Source of the DNA: Nitrospinales bacterium
Lineage (GTDB): Bacteria > Nitrospinota > Nitrospinia > Nitrospinales > VA-1
Direction: 5' to 3'
Assembly (NCBI GenBank): GCA_965223795.1
Contig: CBDCXL010000002.1
Span: forward strand, 1,056,001-1,120,000
Length of the DNA: 64,000 nucleotides
Shown: positions 18,250 to 28,765 of the stretch, piece by piece
How positions within the stretch are numbered: the stretch's first letter is position 1
How the letters are laid out: each line of letters opens with the position of its first letter
Made by a program: the position numbers and the translations under genes
Notes under the pieces: model-generated
Told to the model about the DNA's origin: nothing
What the model saw: the letters and a program-made list of their open reading frames with translations, nothing else
The model's database searches: none

Positions 18250-19623
18250 TCACTTGCCGATGCAGAACTCGCCGAAGATCTGATCGAGCAGGTCTTCATC
18301 GAAGGTCTTGCCGAGCAGGGAGCCGATCCGCTCCTGGGCGGCCTGCACGTCCACGGCGACGAACTCCTCGGAGAGCCCCGATTCGATCGAGCCCGCGGCG
18401 CGCTCCAGCGCCTGGGCGGCGTCTTTGAGACACTGCCGGTGCCGCTCGCGGGTGAGCACCGCGGCTTCCGCGCCGCCGCCGCTCGGGCGCACCGCGTCGT
18501 GAACGGCGTCGATGAGGGCGTCCAGCCCGTCCCCGGTTTTGGCGGAGAGGCGCAGGAGTCCGGCATCGCCGGGCAGGGCGGCGTTCAGGGCGTCGAGGTC
18601 GAGTTTGTGAGGCAGGTCGCATTTATTGAGGATGAGGCGCCGCGGTTTTGCGTTCACTTTGGCGATCAACAGCCGGTCGTCGTCATCGAGCGGTTCCGAC
18701 GCGTCGAACACAACCAGCGCGAGGTCGGCTTGTTTGAGCGCCTTGAGCGCTCTTTCGATGCCCTCTCCCTCGATGGCTTGCGGATGCCTGCGCAGTCCCG
18801 CCGCATCGACGATGTTGATGTGGATGTCCTTGATGCGCACGCGTTCCTCCAGCGTGTCGCGCGTGGTGCCGGGATGCGGCGTGACGATGGCGCGCTCCTC
18901 GCCCAGCAGCAGGTTGAGCAGGCTGGATTTGCCGACGTTGGGCTTGCCGATGAGCGCGACGCGCGCGCCTTCGCGTTCGATCTTGCCGCGCTCGAAGGTG
19001 GCGAGCAGTGTCTGGATGTCGTTGCGCACCGCTTCGATTTCTTTTTGCGTCGTTTCTTTTTTCTGAAACGTCAGCCCCTCTTCGGGAAAGTCGATGGCCG
19101 CTTCCAGCTGCGCCAGGACCGCCAGCAGTTTTTCGTACAGAGCGTGGATGGATTGGGAAAGCCTGCCTTTGAGCTGGGACAGGGCCGACTGCAGGGCTTT
19201 CTCGGATGCGGCGTGGATCACATCGGCGACGGCTTCGGCCTGGGTGAGGTCGATTTTGCCGTTGAGGAAGGCGCGGCGGGTGAACTCGCCGGGTTCGGCC
19301 AACCGGGCTCCCGCAGCGAGGATCAGCTTGAGGATGCGGCCGGCGACGTAAGGACCGCCGTGCGCGCCGATCTCGATCACATCCTCGCCGGTGTAGCTGG
19401 CGGGCGCCTGAAACCAGGTCGCCAGCACGCGGTCGACGCACGCAGCCGTCGCGGGATCGCGGATTTCGCCGTGCTGGACCTGCCGCGGGGCGGCGGACAT
19501 TAAATCCGTCCCGCCGCGAAACAGGCCGGCCGCCAGTTTCCGGCTTTGGGGACCGCTGATGCGGAGCACGTGGATCCCGCCCTCTCCCTGGGGCGTGGCG
19601 ATGGCTGCGATGGTGTCGTTCAT
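18250..19623 (-). CDS. mnmE: tRNA modification GTPase MnmE
   Basis: DTIAAIATP, SYTGEDVIE, GKPNVGKSS, GTTRD, NKCD, FCIGK end. Confidence 0.97.
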   Translation of the reverse strand: MNDTIAAIATPQGEGGIHVLRISGPQSRKLAAGLFRGGTDLMSAAPRQVQHGEIRDPATAACVDRVLATWFQAPASYTGEDVIEIGAHGGPYVAGRILKLILAAGARLAEPGEFTRRAFLNGKIDLTQAEAVADVIHAASEKALQSALSQLKGRLSQSIHALYEKLLAVLAQLEAAIDFPEEGLTFQKKETTQKEIEAVRNDIQTLLATFERGKIEREGARVALIGKPNVGKSSLLNLLLGEERAIVTPHPGTTRDTLEERVRIKDIHINIVDAAGLRRHPQAIEGEGIERALKALKQADLALVVFDASEPLDDDDRLLIAKVNAKPRRLILNKCDLPHKLDLDALNAALPGDAGLLRLSAKTGDGLDALIDAVHDAVRPSGGGAEAAVLTRERHRQCLKDAAQALERAAGSIESGLSEEFVAVDVQAAQERIGSLLGKTFDEDLLDQIFGEFCIGK

Positions 19624-19697
19624 GTTGCTTTTCCCGTTTGGGCGTCACCGCATCGTCTCAAACGGCGGCGCGCACGCACAGGATACACCGGACCGCG

Positions 19698-21338
19698 TTA
19701 CTTGGCGATTTTATAGATGTAGTACTGCTGGGCGATGGTCAGGATGTTGTTGACGGTCCAGTAGATGACCAGACCCGCCGGGAAGGTGATGAACAGGAAG
19801 GTGAACACGATGGGCAGAAACATCATGATTTTCTGCTGCACCGGATCGCCGATGGCGGGGGACAGCCGCTGCTGCAAAAACATCGTCGCGCCCATGAGAA
19901 CCGGCGTCACGTAGTAGGGGTCCTGCACGGACAGGTCCTGAATCCACAGCATGAACGGCGCGCCGCGCAGCTCGATGGAGAAAAACAGCGCGTGGTACAG
20001 GGCGATGAACACGGGAATCTGCAGCAGCATGGGCAGACAGCCGCCCAGCGGGTTGACCTTGTGCTTTTTGTACAGCTCCAGCATTTCCTCGTTCATCTTC
20101 TGGCGGTCGTTCTTGTTGCGCTCCTGGATGACCTTGACGTAGGGCTGGACCTTCTGCATCCCCTTCATCGACTTGAAGCTTTTGTGGGTGAGCGGGAAAA
20201 ACAGGATCTTGATGATGACGGTCAGGATGATGATGGACCAGCCGTAGTTTTTGGTGATGCCGTAAAAATATTCCAGCGTCTTGAGCAGGGGCTTCACCAG
20301 AAACGCGAACTTGTTGCCGAGCCAGCCGTAATCGAGCAGCCGGAACAGCTTGTGGCCGGAATCTTCCAGCACCTGCAGCTGCTTGGTGCCCGCATAAAGC
20401 AGATAGGACACCGACGCCGCGGACTGCACCGATTCGAAATCCAGCCCGACGTACAGCTCGTCGTTCTTTTTTTCCACGCGCGCCGCTTTCGCGCCCTGGT
20501 CGGGTATCAATGCGGCGGCGAAGTATTTATTCTGGAACGAAGTCCATTTGAGATCGCCTTTGTGCGTCACGCCGCCGCCGATTTCGTCTTCCGGGGTTTC
20601 GATGCGCTCGTTGTTGACGAACGTGGTGGGACCGGAAAAGATGAAGTAATCCGTCTGCGAACTCACCGCCCCGCCCATCGAGGGCCCCCACAGCACGCGG
20701 TAATTCAGGTTGCGGCTCGCCAGCGGCAGCGCGCTGATGCGGGTGTTCACCTGCACGAGAAACTGCTTGTGGCGGAACGTGAACTCGCGCACCACTTCCA
20801 GCCCCGATTCGTGACGCAGGGTGAGCTTCAGCTTGCCTTCGGGTTTGGCTTCGTCGATTTCCAGAAATTCCGTGGACGGCTCGTAAAAAGCGTTCTGCAA
20901 TATGTAGGTGATGGCTTCATCGTCCGCTTCCAGCGCCAGCGGGGCGGGGGCGCCGGGCACCGCGTTGACGAGGTTGACGACCTCGCCGTTGTCGTTATGG
21001 TATTCGGGAAGCAGCACCTGCTTGAGGGTGCCGCCTTTGTTGGAAAACAGAAACCGGGCGCGGCCGTTGAACACGGTGATGAGTTTCTCCTCTCCCGGAA
21101 ACGGCGCGGGTGCGGGAACGGCGGCCGGTGCGCCGGGCACCGCCGGCGGCGCGGTGTCTCCCGGCACGGGCTGGGCGGGAAGCTCGCCCGTGGGCGGCGC
21201 CTGCTTCTGCGCCTGTCTGGACTGCGCTTTTTTCTTTTCCGCTTCGGGCGGAGGCGGATTGATGGCGGCGAGAAAATACCCCCAGCCGACAAACACCACC
21301 AGTGACAGCACGAACGCCAGCAATACCCGGTTTTCCAA
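19698..21338 (-). CDS. yidC: Membrane protein insertase YidC
   Basis: DYGW, NYGWSII, KVNPLGGCLP, WIQDLS, LVIYWTVNN. Confidence 0.96.
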   Translation of the reverse strand: MENRVLLAFVLSLVVFVGWGYFLAAINPPPPEAEKKKAQSRQAQKQAPPTGELPAQPVPGDTAPPAVPGAPAAVPAPAPFPGEEKLITVFNGRARFLFSNKGGTLKQVLLPEYHNDNGEVVNLVNAVPGAPAPLALEADDEAITYILQNAFYEPSTEFLEIDEAKPEGKLKLTLRHESGLEVVREFTFRHKQFLVQVNTRISALPLASRNLNYRVLWGPSMGGAVSSQTDYFIFSGPTTFVNNERIETPEDEIGGGVTHKGDLKWTSFQNKYFAAALIPDQGAKAARVEKKNDELYVGLDFESVQSAASVSYLLYAGTKQLQVLEDSGHKLFRLLDYGWLGNKFAFLVKPLLKTLEYFYGITKNYGWSIIILTVIIKILFFPLTHKSFKSMKGMQKVQPYVKVIQERNKNDRQKMNEEMLELYKKHKVNPLGGCLPMLLQIPVFIALYHALFFSIELRGAPFMLWIQDLSVQDPYYVTPVLMGATMFLQQRLSPAIGDPVQQKIMMFLPIVFTFLFITFPAGLVIYWTVNNILTIAQQYYIYKIAK

Positions 21339-21368
21339 GTTACGATTCTCCGCTGAAATCTGAATGCG

Positions 21369-21581
21369 TCATTTGAGAGGGTCGGCGCCGCCTTCGTGAT
21401 AAGGGTGGCATTTCGCCAACCGGCAGACGATGCGTTGCAGCGCCCGCAACAGATTGTGACGCTTGAGCGCCTGCACCGAATATTCCGAGCAACTGGGGTG
21501 AAACCGGCACGATGGGATCATGATGGGAGAAATGATCTTCTGATAGAGTTTGATGATCTGGATCAGGACCCAATTGAGCAT
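21369..21581 (-). CDS. yidD: Membrane protein insertion efficiency factor YidD
   Basis: YQKIISP, CRFHPSCSEY, KCHPYHEGGADP. Confidence 0.93.
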   Translation of the reverse strand: MLNWVLIQIIKLYQKIISPIMIPSCRFHPSCSEYSVQALKRHNLLRALQRIVCRLAKCHPYHEGGADPLK

Positions 21582-21620
21582 TGCATTGAGGACCCGTGTG
21601 CGGGGCGGGAGTCTGGGAAT

Positions 21621-21974
21621 TCAGTACGATTGTTGAATTTTCAAAAGCGATTTCTCGATTTTTCTCTGCAACAACGAGGACGGCAGGGAAACCAGACCCT
21701 TTCCCGAAATGATCACCAGGTCGACTCCCGGATGCAGCCGGTCCTTGAGGTGGCGGAACGCTTCGCGGATCTTGCGTTTGGCGCGGTTGCGGACCACGGC
21801 GTTGCCGACCTTCTTTGAGGCGATGATGCCGAGCCTGCGGCGGTTGAGGTCGTTGGGAAGGTAGAACAGGGTGCAGAAGGTCTCGATCCTCCGCTTCCTG
21901 CCTTGCGCCATCACCCGTTCGAATTCGGGCCGCTTGGCCAGCCGTTCGCTTTTGCGAAACGAGAAATCGCCCAT
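21621..21974 (-). CDS. rnpA: RNase P protein component
   Basis: ERL...EF, LGIIASKKVGNAVVRNRAKR RNR motif. Confidence 0.95.
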   Translation of the reverse strand: MGDFSFRKSERLAKRPEFERVMAQGRKRRIETFCTLFYLPNDLNRRRLGIIASKKVGNAVVRNRAKRKIREAFRHLKDRLHPGVDLVIISGKGLVSLPSSLLQRKIEKSLLKIQQSY

Positions 21975-21977
21975 GGG

Positions 21978-22112
21978 TCAGACGGTCAGCCGTTTTCGCC
22001 CCTTGCGCCGCCGGTTGGCCAGAATTCTGCGGCCTCCCACCGTGGATTTCCGCTTGCGGAACCCGTGCGTCCTCTTTCTTCGCTGATTTTTGGGTTGAAA
22101 GGTTCTTTTCAT
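21978..22112 (-). CDS. rpmH: 50S ribosomal protein L34
   Basis: Manual translation [44 protein letters not shown] (below ORF-track cutoff). Confidence 0.97.
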   Translation of the reverse strand: MKRTFQPKNQRRKRTHGFRKRKSTVGGRRILANRRRKGRKRLTV

Positions 22113-22440
22113 CGCGTTCCCGTCCGGATGGCCCGCACTATTTAAAAAAACCACTGAAAAATCAGTGGTTATAAGCGCAGAGCCGAAAACAGTCTTCTAT
22201 TGCCTCGTTTCCGGGGATTATTTCACCCGCCTTCATTGTTGTCAAGGCCGATTTCAACTATTTTACGCCAATTCAACCCTTTGCAACAAATTTTGTCTTT
22301 CGGCGCCAAAACGTGTGATTTTTCGCCCACTAGCGGGACCATCCCCGGAAAAGGGGATAAATCGCTATTTTTTGTTATAAAATTCATTAATTATGGTGTA
22401 ACATATTTAAAATCAATAAGAAATTATTTTCGAGGGGATC

Positions 22441-24000
22441 ATGACCGTAATCCATTCTGCAAACGTCACTGGCCGCCGACGCGCATCCGGAGACCGTCCG
22501 CACACCATCTCCTGCCTGTTGATTTTATTCGGCTTGCTGGGCGCAATGGGTCCGCAAACCGTGGACGGCGAAAGCCTGCGATCGCTGGACCCCGCTTTCG
22601 TGCCTGTGGAAGTGGCTCAGCAAAATCCGGGACGGGTTTCCATCCTTGAAGGGACCACGGATGCGGACATCGAAGGCAGCGAGCTGTTTTTCTCCGAAAA
22701 CAAACTCAAACAGGCCGGTTTCGTTCTTACTGAAACCGATTCTGTCGGAACCATATTGAACAATTTCCACAATCACACACAATATTCGAACGGGCAGATC
22801 GTCTACATCGACCTGGGCAAAGAGCACGGCATCGCCGAGGGAGACCTGTTCACCATTTTCAGCCGCGGCCGCCACATCCGCCATCCGGTCCTGAAAGGCG
22901 AAGTGAAAGAAGGCATCCCCAATTACGAACGGCCGCTCGCCTCGCCCCACAAACCGTTCTTTTCCCGCGTCGGCCGTTTCGTCGGCTACATGGTGCGGGA
23001 GCTGGGCTATCTGAAGGTGGTGGAGGTCAACGAGACAACGTCCAAAGCCGTCATCAGCGAGACCTATCAGCCGATCCACGACGGGGCGCTGATCACCCCG
23101 TACAAGAAGCTCAATCCGCCGCCGAGGCTGCCGAAAACGAAAGCCAGTGGAGAGCGGCTGGAAGGTTACGTCATCGCGTTTCGCCGTGAAGGCTACCAGG
23201 CGGGCATGAACAACATCGTCTACATCGACCGGGGTGCGAGAGACGGCGTGCGCCCGGGTGACCGGTTCGAGTTTTACGACGTTCCGACCGTGATTGAAGC
23301 GGACTGGAATGAGGTGGAGCCGCGCGTCCAGCCCCTGTTCCCGCAGGTGATCGGCGAGATGCAGGTGCTCAAGGTGCAGGAGGAAACAGCAACCGGCATC
23401 ATCACCAACAGCCAAGATCCGATCAAGCTGGGACAGCACATCCGCTACAAACCGGTGGACATCGTGCCGCGGCCGCTGGAAACGGTCGCCGCGCTGAAAC
23501 CGGCTCCGGATTACGCCCCGAAACAGGAACTCATCGAGATCGAGGCGCCGATCGTCGAGACCATCGCCGAGGAAACGCCGTTCTCGGATTTCACCGATCC
23601 GCTGGCGGAGCTGCAGCCCGAAAACGATGACGCGGAACTTCTCGCCTACGTGCCCATCCCGGACATGGCGGACGTGCATTTCGAGTTCGACCAGCACACG
23701 ATCGACGCGATCTCCGAATCCACGCTGCAGAAACACGCGGAGTATCTGAAGGGCCATCCGCATGTGAAGATCCAGATCGAAGGACACGCGGACGAACGCG
23801 GCACCAACAACTACAATCTGGCTCTGGGTGAGCGCCGGGCGGAAGCGGTGCGCGACTTCCTGATGTCCCTCGGTGTGGAAGAGGAGCGCATGGCGGTCAT
23901 CTCCTACGGCGAAGAAAAACCCGCCTGCCACGAAAGCAACGAAACCTGCTGGCAGGAAAACCGCAAGGTGCACTTTCTCGTCAGCGACGGCGAAAGCTGA
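22441..24000 (+). CDS. Secreted protein with two FlgT-C/TsaP-like beta domains fused to a C-terminal Pal/OmpA peptidoglycan-binding domain
   Basis: IVYIDLGKEHGIAEGD and IVYIDRGARDGVRPGD; HFEFD, IEGHADERGTNNYNLALGERRA, ISYGEEKP, ENRKV. Confidence 0.8.
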   Translation: MTVIHSANVTGRRRASGDRPHTISCLLILFGLLGAMGPQTVDGESLRSLDPAFVPVEVAQQNPGRVSILEGTTDADIEGSELFFSENKLKQAGFVLTETDSVGTILNNFHNHTQYSNGQIVYIDLGKEHGIAEGDLFTIFSRGRHIRHPVLKGEVKEGIPNYERPLASPHKPFFSRVGRFVGYMVRELGYLKVVEVNETTSKAVISETYQPIHDGALITPYKKLNPPPRLPKTKASGERLEGYVIAFRREGYQAGMNNIVYIDRGARDGVRPGDRFEFYDVPTVIEADWNEVEPRVQPLFPQVIGEMQVLKVQEETATGIITNSQDPIKLGQHIRYKPVDIVPRPLETVAALKPAPDYAPKQELIEIEAPIVETIAEETPFSDFTDPLAELQPENDDAELLAYVPIPDMADVHFEFDQHTIDAISESTLQKHAEYLKGHPHVKIQIEGHADERGTNNYNLALGERRAEAVRDFLMSLGVEEERMAVISYGEEKPACHESNETCWQENRKVHFLVSDGES

Positions 24001-24066
24001 GATTCGCCCAAAAGGGCCAACCACTATGGGCCGGGATTCTCCGGCCCTGAGTCCCCTGCCCCACAC

Positions 24067-25284
24067 TCACTCCGCAGCGATCTTCAGAAAGCGTTTTTTC
24101 CCGACCTTGATCAAATAATCCCGTCCGCCTTCCAGTTTCAGATCGGCGTCGGCCACCTTTTCGCCGTTCAAGCTCACGGCACCCTGCTTGATCAGCCGGC
24201 GCGCCGCCGACGTGCTCTCCGTCAGCCCGTTCTCAGTGAGCACCTTGCAGATCCAGCGCGCTTCGCCCTGCCAGGACGGCACCACCGGCACATCGTCGGG
24301 GATCTGTTTTTTCCTGAACACGTTTTCAAATTCCCGTTCGGCGGCGTCTGCCGCATCCTTTGAGTGGTAGCGCGTCACGATCTCTTTGGCGAGCCGCACC
24401 TTGGCGTCTTTGGGGTTGCACTTTCCCGCCTCCGCATCGTTCCTAAGCGCAGCGATCTCCTCCTCGGGCGCATCGCTCAGCAATTCGTAGAACCGCCACA
24501 TCATGGCGTCCGAGATCGACAGCACCTTGCCGAACATCTCCCCCGGAGGGTCGAACACGCCGATGGCGTTGCCCAGGCTCTTGCTCATCTTCTGCACGCC
24601 GTCGGTGCCTTCCAAAAGTGGCATGGTGAGCACGGTCTGCGGCGGCTGCCCGTACTGGCGCTGCAAATCCCGGCCCACGAGCAGGTTGAACTTCTGATCG
24701 GTGCCGCCCAGTTCGACGTCGGCCTTGAGCGCCACCGAATCGTAGCCCTGAATGAGCGGGTAGAGCAGCTCGTGGATGGACACGGGCAGGTTGCTGGCAA
24801 GCCGCTTCTGAAAATCGTCCCGCTCGACCATGCGCGCGACGGTGTACTTCGCGGCCAAGGCGATCATGTCCTGCGAGGTGAACCGGTTCATCCAGTCGCT
24901 GTTTTTCGCGACGGTGGTGCGGTCCTTATCGAGGATGAGATAGACTTGCTCCAGGTAGGTGCGGGCGTTCTGTTCGACCTCTTCGGGGGACAGGCTCTTG
25001 CGCGTTTCGGACTTGCCGGTGGGATCGCCGATCATCGCGGTGAAATCGCCGACCAGAAAGATCACTTCGTGGCCCAGATCCTGGAACTGCTTCATTTTGT
25101 GCAGCAGCACGGTGTGGCCCAGGTGCAGGTCGGGCGCGGTGGGGTCGAAGCCCGCCTTGACTCGGAGCGGTGTGCCTGTTTTAATTGATTTTTTGATTTG
25201 CTCTGCGAGTTCCTTCTCGTCGATGATCTCGGCGGCGCCGCGGCGGATTTTTTTGAGCTGATCTTCGACGGACGGCATGTTCAT
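24067..25284 (-). CDS. tyrS: Tyrosyl-tRNA synthetase
   Basis: [29 protein letters not shown]4 domain; start 25284 or 25278. Confidence 0.97.
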   Translation of the reverse strand: MNMPSVEDQLKKIRRGAAEIIDEKELAEQIKKSIKTGTPLRVKAGFDPTAPDLHLGHTVLLHKMKQFQDLGHEVIFLVGDFTAMIGDPTGKSETRKSLSPEEVEQNARTYLEQVYLILDKDRTTVAKNSDWMNRFTSQDMIALAAKYTVARMVERDDFQKRLASNLPVSIHELLYPLIQGYDSVALKADVELGGTDQKFNLLVGRDLQRQYGQPPQTVLTMPLLEGTDGVQKMSKSLGNAIGVFDPPGEMFGKVLSISDAMMWRFYELLSDAPEEEIAALRNDAEAGKCNPKDAKVRLAKEIVTRYHSKDAADAAEREFENVFRKKQIPDDVPVVPSWQGEARWICKVLTENGLTESTSAARRLIKQGAVSLNGEKVADADLKLEGGRDYLIKVGKKRFLKIAAE

Positions 25285-25495
25285 GGCAAATTCGGCCCCA
25301 AAGGGCGCGTTTTGATGGACCTCTGTTGGCTGCTGTGGACGGAGAATCGAGCCGCCGCCCGGTTGAGGGAGAAACTGGAATAGCACACCCGGAGGCAAAC
25401 TGCAAGCGGGCGCTCTTGTGCGCCGCGCCGCCTGCCGGAAGATGCGAGATTCACCGCAATCAATCAGGATGACAAGGATGGACGCTGCCGAAGCG

Positions 25496-25843
25496 ATGGA
25501 TAAGGAAACCGCCGCGAAATACCGCGTGGCGGCGTACGTGTTTCTGGTGCTGAACCTCATTTACGCGGTGTTGGGCTGGCTGTTCATGCCGCCGTTCGCC
25601 GAGGGGATCCCCAAGGAGGTGGTCTGGATTGCGGTGATCGTGATGGTTCTGCTGCTCTTTCCCGTCATTCGCAAAGGGTCCCGGCGCTGGGTGCGGGTGC
25701 TGGCGGTGATCTTTTTCATCCGCTCGGTGGGAACCGGATACGTTCTGGCGACTCAGGAAACGCTTCCGGTTGTGCCCTTTCTGTTCCCCTGCCTGGTGTT
25801 CACATTTTATTTTCTCGGCCGGGCGGGATGGGACTGGCCGTGA
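25496..25843 (+). CDS. Small membrane protein (about 4 TM)
   Basis: Hydrophobic segments; stop 59 nt before hutH; start 25478 or 25496. Confidence 0.7.
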   Translation: MDKETAAKYRVAAYVFLVLNLIYAVLGWLFMPPFAEGIPKEVVWIAVIVMVLLLFPVIRKGSRRWVRVLAVIFFIRSVGTGYVLATQETLPVVPFLFPCLVFTFYFLGRAGWDWP

Positions 25844-25901
25844 GACGCGCCACAGGCCCGTCAGCGGTCCGAAACGCTGCAACTCAATGGAGGGGCGCGT
25901 C

Positions 25902-27425
25902 ATGAAAACGCTCGTGCTCGACGGTGAATCGCTGACTCTCGACGCCGTCCCCCACATCGCCGCCGGCGGCGCGCTGCGCGTCGCGGCCGCGGCCTGCAAA
26001 AAAGTGGATCGATCGCGCGCCGTCATCGAACAGGCGATCCGCGAAGAGGAAAAGGTCTACGGCATCACCACCGGCTTCGGCGCGCTCAGCGATGTGGTGA
26101 TCTCTCCGGCCGACCGCAAAAAACTGCAGAAAAACATTTTGCTCAGCCACGCCGCCGGCGTCGGCCCGCCGCTGCCCGACGCGATCGTGCGGCTGGTGCT
26201 GGCGCTGATGATCAACAGCAAGGCCAAGGGCTATTCCGGAATGCGGCGGGAGACGCTGGAACGGCTGCTCGCTCTCTACAACAGCGGCCTCATCCCGGAA
26301 GTGCCGGTGAAAGGCTCGGTGGGCGCGAGCGGCGACCTGGCGCCGCTGTCGCACCTGTCGCTGCTGCTCATCGGGCGCGGGCGCGCAAAACACAAGGGAC
26401 GCTGGCTTTCCGGTGCGGCGGCGCTCAAGCGCGCGAACCTCAAGCCGGTCACGCTTCAGGAAGGGGAAGGGCTGGCGCTGGTCAACGGCACGCAGGTGAT
26501 GACCGCGTACGCGGCGTGGACGCTGCACCACGCGCGCCGCCTGCAATCGATCGCAGACGTCGCGGCGGCGATGAGCCTTGAGGCGCTGCTGGGATCGAAC
26601 ACGCAGTTCCACGAAAAGATCCACCGCATCCGGCCGCACAAGGGGCAGACCGAATCGGCGGCGAACCTGCGCCGCATCTGCGCCGGCAGCGAGATCATCT
26701 CCTCGCACAAGGACTGCGGCCGCGTGCAGGACGCCTACTCGCTGCGCTGCTCGCCGCAGGTGCACGGCGCCAGCCGCGATGCGGTGCGCTTCGCGCGCGG
26801 CGTCGTCGAAACGGAGATGAACGCGGCGACGGAAAATCCGCTGGTGTTTCCGGACGGCACCATCCTTTCGGGCGGCAACTTTCACGGCGAACCGGTGGCG
26901 CAGGCCTGCGATCACCTCGCCGTGGGCCTTGCGGAGCTGGCGGGCATCGCGGAGCGCCGCATCGAACGCATGGTCAACCCCGCTCTCAGCGGACTGCCCT
27001 CGTTTCTCATCGAGGGCGAAGGGCTCAACTCGGGCTTCATGATCGCACAGTACACGGCGGCGGCGCTGGTTTCGGAGAACAAGGTGCTGGCGCATCCGGC
27101 GTCGGTGGACTCGATCCCCACTTCCGCGAACAAGGAGGACCACGTCAGCATGGGCACGATCGCCGCGCGCAAGGCGGCCGAGGTGCTGGACAACCTGACG
27201 CACGTGCTCGCCATCGAACTTTTGTGCGGCGCGCAGGCGCTGGATGTGTTCACCAATCTCAAACCGGGAAAAGGCACGCTGGCGGCGTACAAGCTTTTGC
27301 GCAAACACGTGACGCACATGGAGCGGGACCGTGAGCTGGCGCCGGACATCGAGACGGCGGCGTCTCTGATCGAAAGCGGCGCGCTGCTCAAGGCGGTCGA
27401 GAAAGCGGCGGGTCCGCTGTCGTGA
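25902..27425 (+). CDS. hutH: Histidine ammonia-lyase
   Basis: VYGITTGFG, LSH specificity motif, GSVGASGDLAPL (MIO), QDAYSLRC, GGNFHG, EDHVSMG. Confidence 0.95.
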   Translation: MKTLVLDGESLTLDAVPHIAAGGALRVAAAACKKVDRSRAVIEQAIREEEKVYGITTGFGALSDVVISPADRKKLQKNILLSHAAGVGPPLPDAIVRLVLALMINSKAKGYSGMRRETLERLLALYNSGLIPEVPVKGSVGASGDLAPLSHLSLLLIGRGRAKHKGRWLSGAAALKRANLKPVTLQEGEGLALVNGTQVMTAYAAWTLHHARRLQSIADVAAAMSLEALLGSNTQFHEKIHRIRPHKGQTESAANLRRICAGSEIISSHKDCGRVQDAYSLRCSPQVHGASRDAVRFARGVVETEMNAATENPLVFPDGTILSGGNFHGEPVAQACDHLAVGLAELAGIAERRIERMVNPALSGLPSFLIEGEGLNSGFMIAQYTAAALVSENKVLAHPASVDSIPTSANKEDHVSMGTIAARKAAEVLDNLTHVLAIELLCGAQALDVFTNLKPGKGTLAAYKLLRKHVTHMERDRELAPDIETAASLIESGALLKAVEKAAGPLS

Positions 27426-28552
27426 AGGTCATGGATTCCGCATTCGTCACCACGCCTTCGCGGCTGCCGCTTCTCACCGAGTCCGGCAAAGCCTTTGCCG
27501 GGCTTTCGCATTCCAAATCGCCGGAGCTTGCGGAACGGACGCGCTCGCTGCTCCACCGGCTGGACGATTTGATCGGGTTTCCCGAAACCCACGAGGGCGC
27601 GCGCGCTCAGACCTGCTTCAACCAGCTCGTCCGTGCGGCCTACCCGGAGCTGGCGCTCGACCTTGCGGATCTCATCTACGTGCAGCACGAGCGGCCGGCG
27701 GTGTATCTGAATTTCGATCACATCAACATCAATCTGCGCCGCGAAAACCGGACGATGCCGGAGCCGATGGAGATCCTCAACAAAAGGATGCAGGCGCTGT
27801 TTCTGGATCTCACGCGCACGCTGCGCCGCTACCCGTCTTTATCCGAAGACGCGGAGGTGGTGCGGCTGTTGAGCGAGAGTTACAGTTTCTATCTGCACCA
27901 GACCGGCAATTTCCCCTGGGACGATCCGCTGCCGGAGTTGTCGCCGCTGCCGGACGGGCCGGTGCTGGATGTGGCCACCGGGCTCTCGGGCTTTTCGATG
28001 ATCCACCTGTGGCCGGACACGCACCCGCAGCTGATCCTGACCGACTCGATGCCGTTCGTCGTCGAGGCGCTGACGCATTACCGCGATCTCTCAGGCAAAA
28101 CCAACGTGGACATCCTCAAAGTCGAGTACGGCCGCGAGGACCCTCAAGTTTCGGGGCTGGGCCTGATCCTCGCCAATAAATTTCTGCACCACCTTCAGCG
28201 GCGGCAGCGGCAGCATTTTCTGGACTGGGCGTACGCGAGCCTGAAACCGGGAGCGGCGCTGTCCATCCTCGACACGGACCTGGAACACCACATCCTTAAA
28301 AAATCCCGGCAGCCGGAATTTCTCAACACATTGATCGCGGGGTATCTGGAGACGCTGGTGGAGATCGAAACGGATTTCTGCAAGACGCTGGTGCGGGACA
28401 CGCAGAGCGCGGGGTTCAACGTGCCGCATTTCGATTTCAATCAGTACGAGGACGAAACCGACGCCTACAGCCAGCAGCCGGGGGACAACGTGCGCATCCA
28501 GTTTCTCGGCTTCGAGATCCGCGCGCAAAAACCCGAACTGGAAAAAAACTAA
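27422..28552 (+). CDS. Class I SAM-dependent methyltransferase domain protein with unknown N-terminal domain
   Basis: VLDVATG motif I, LTDS, ANKFLHHL, LKPGAAL; GTGA overlap with hutH. Confidence 0.75.
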   Translation: MKVMDSAFVTTPSRLPLLTESGKAFAGLSHSKSPELAERTRSLLHRLDDLIGFPETHEGARAQTCFNQLVRAAYPELALDLADLIYVQHERPAVYLNFDHININLRRENRTMPEPMEILNKRMQALFLDLTRTLRRYPSLSEDAEVVRLLSESYSFYLHQTGNFPWDDPLPELSPLPDGPVLDVATGLSGFSMIHLWPDTHPQLILTDSMPFVVEALTHYRDLSGKTNVDILKVEYGREDPQVSGLGLILANKFLHHLQRRQRQHFLDWAYASLKPGAALSILDTDLEHHILKKSRQPEFLNTLIAGYLETLVEIETDFCKTLVRDTQSAGFNVPHFDFNQYEDETDAYSQQPGDNVRIQFLGFEIRAQKPELEKN

Positions 28553-28609
28553 TCCCGCGAGGACGGCGGGCGTAACATGTATTCCTGCCTTGAGGGCTTT
28601 CGCACGCTT

Positions 28610-28662
28610 GCCTGTGGACTTGTGAAAAACCGGGAGACGGTTTTATCACAGCGTCCACAGGC
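28610..28662. repeat. Long imperfect inverted repeat between convergent genes
   Basis: GCCTGTGGAC-TTGTGAAAAACCG / CGGTTTTATCACA-GC-GTCCACAGGC. Confidence 0.7.
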
Positions 28663-28765
28663 GCAACCGCATTGCAATGGGCACTGATCGGGCTTACTGT
28701 TTTTGCAGCGGCGCGTGTCCGTAAATACAGCCGCATTTCAGGCGGACTTGGTTCACACAACAAAT

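Noticed and set aside
22113..22440. oriC in the AT-rich spacer next to rpmH
   Set aside because: No cluster of TTATCCACA-type boxes and no dnaA; divergent promoters explain the AT richness
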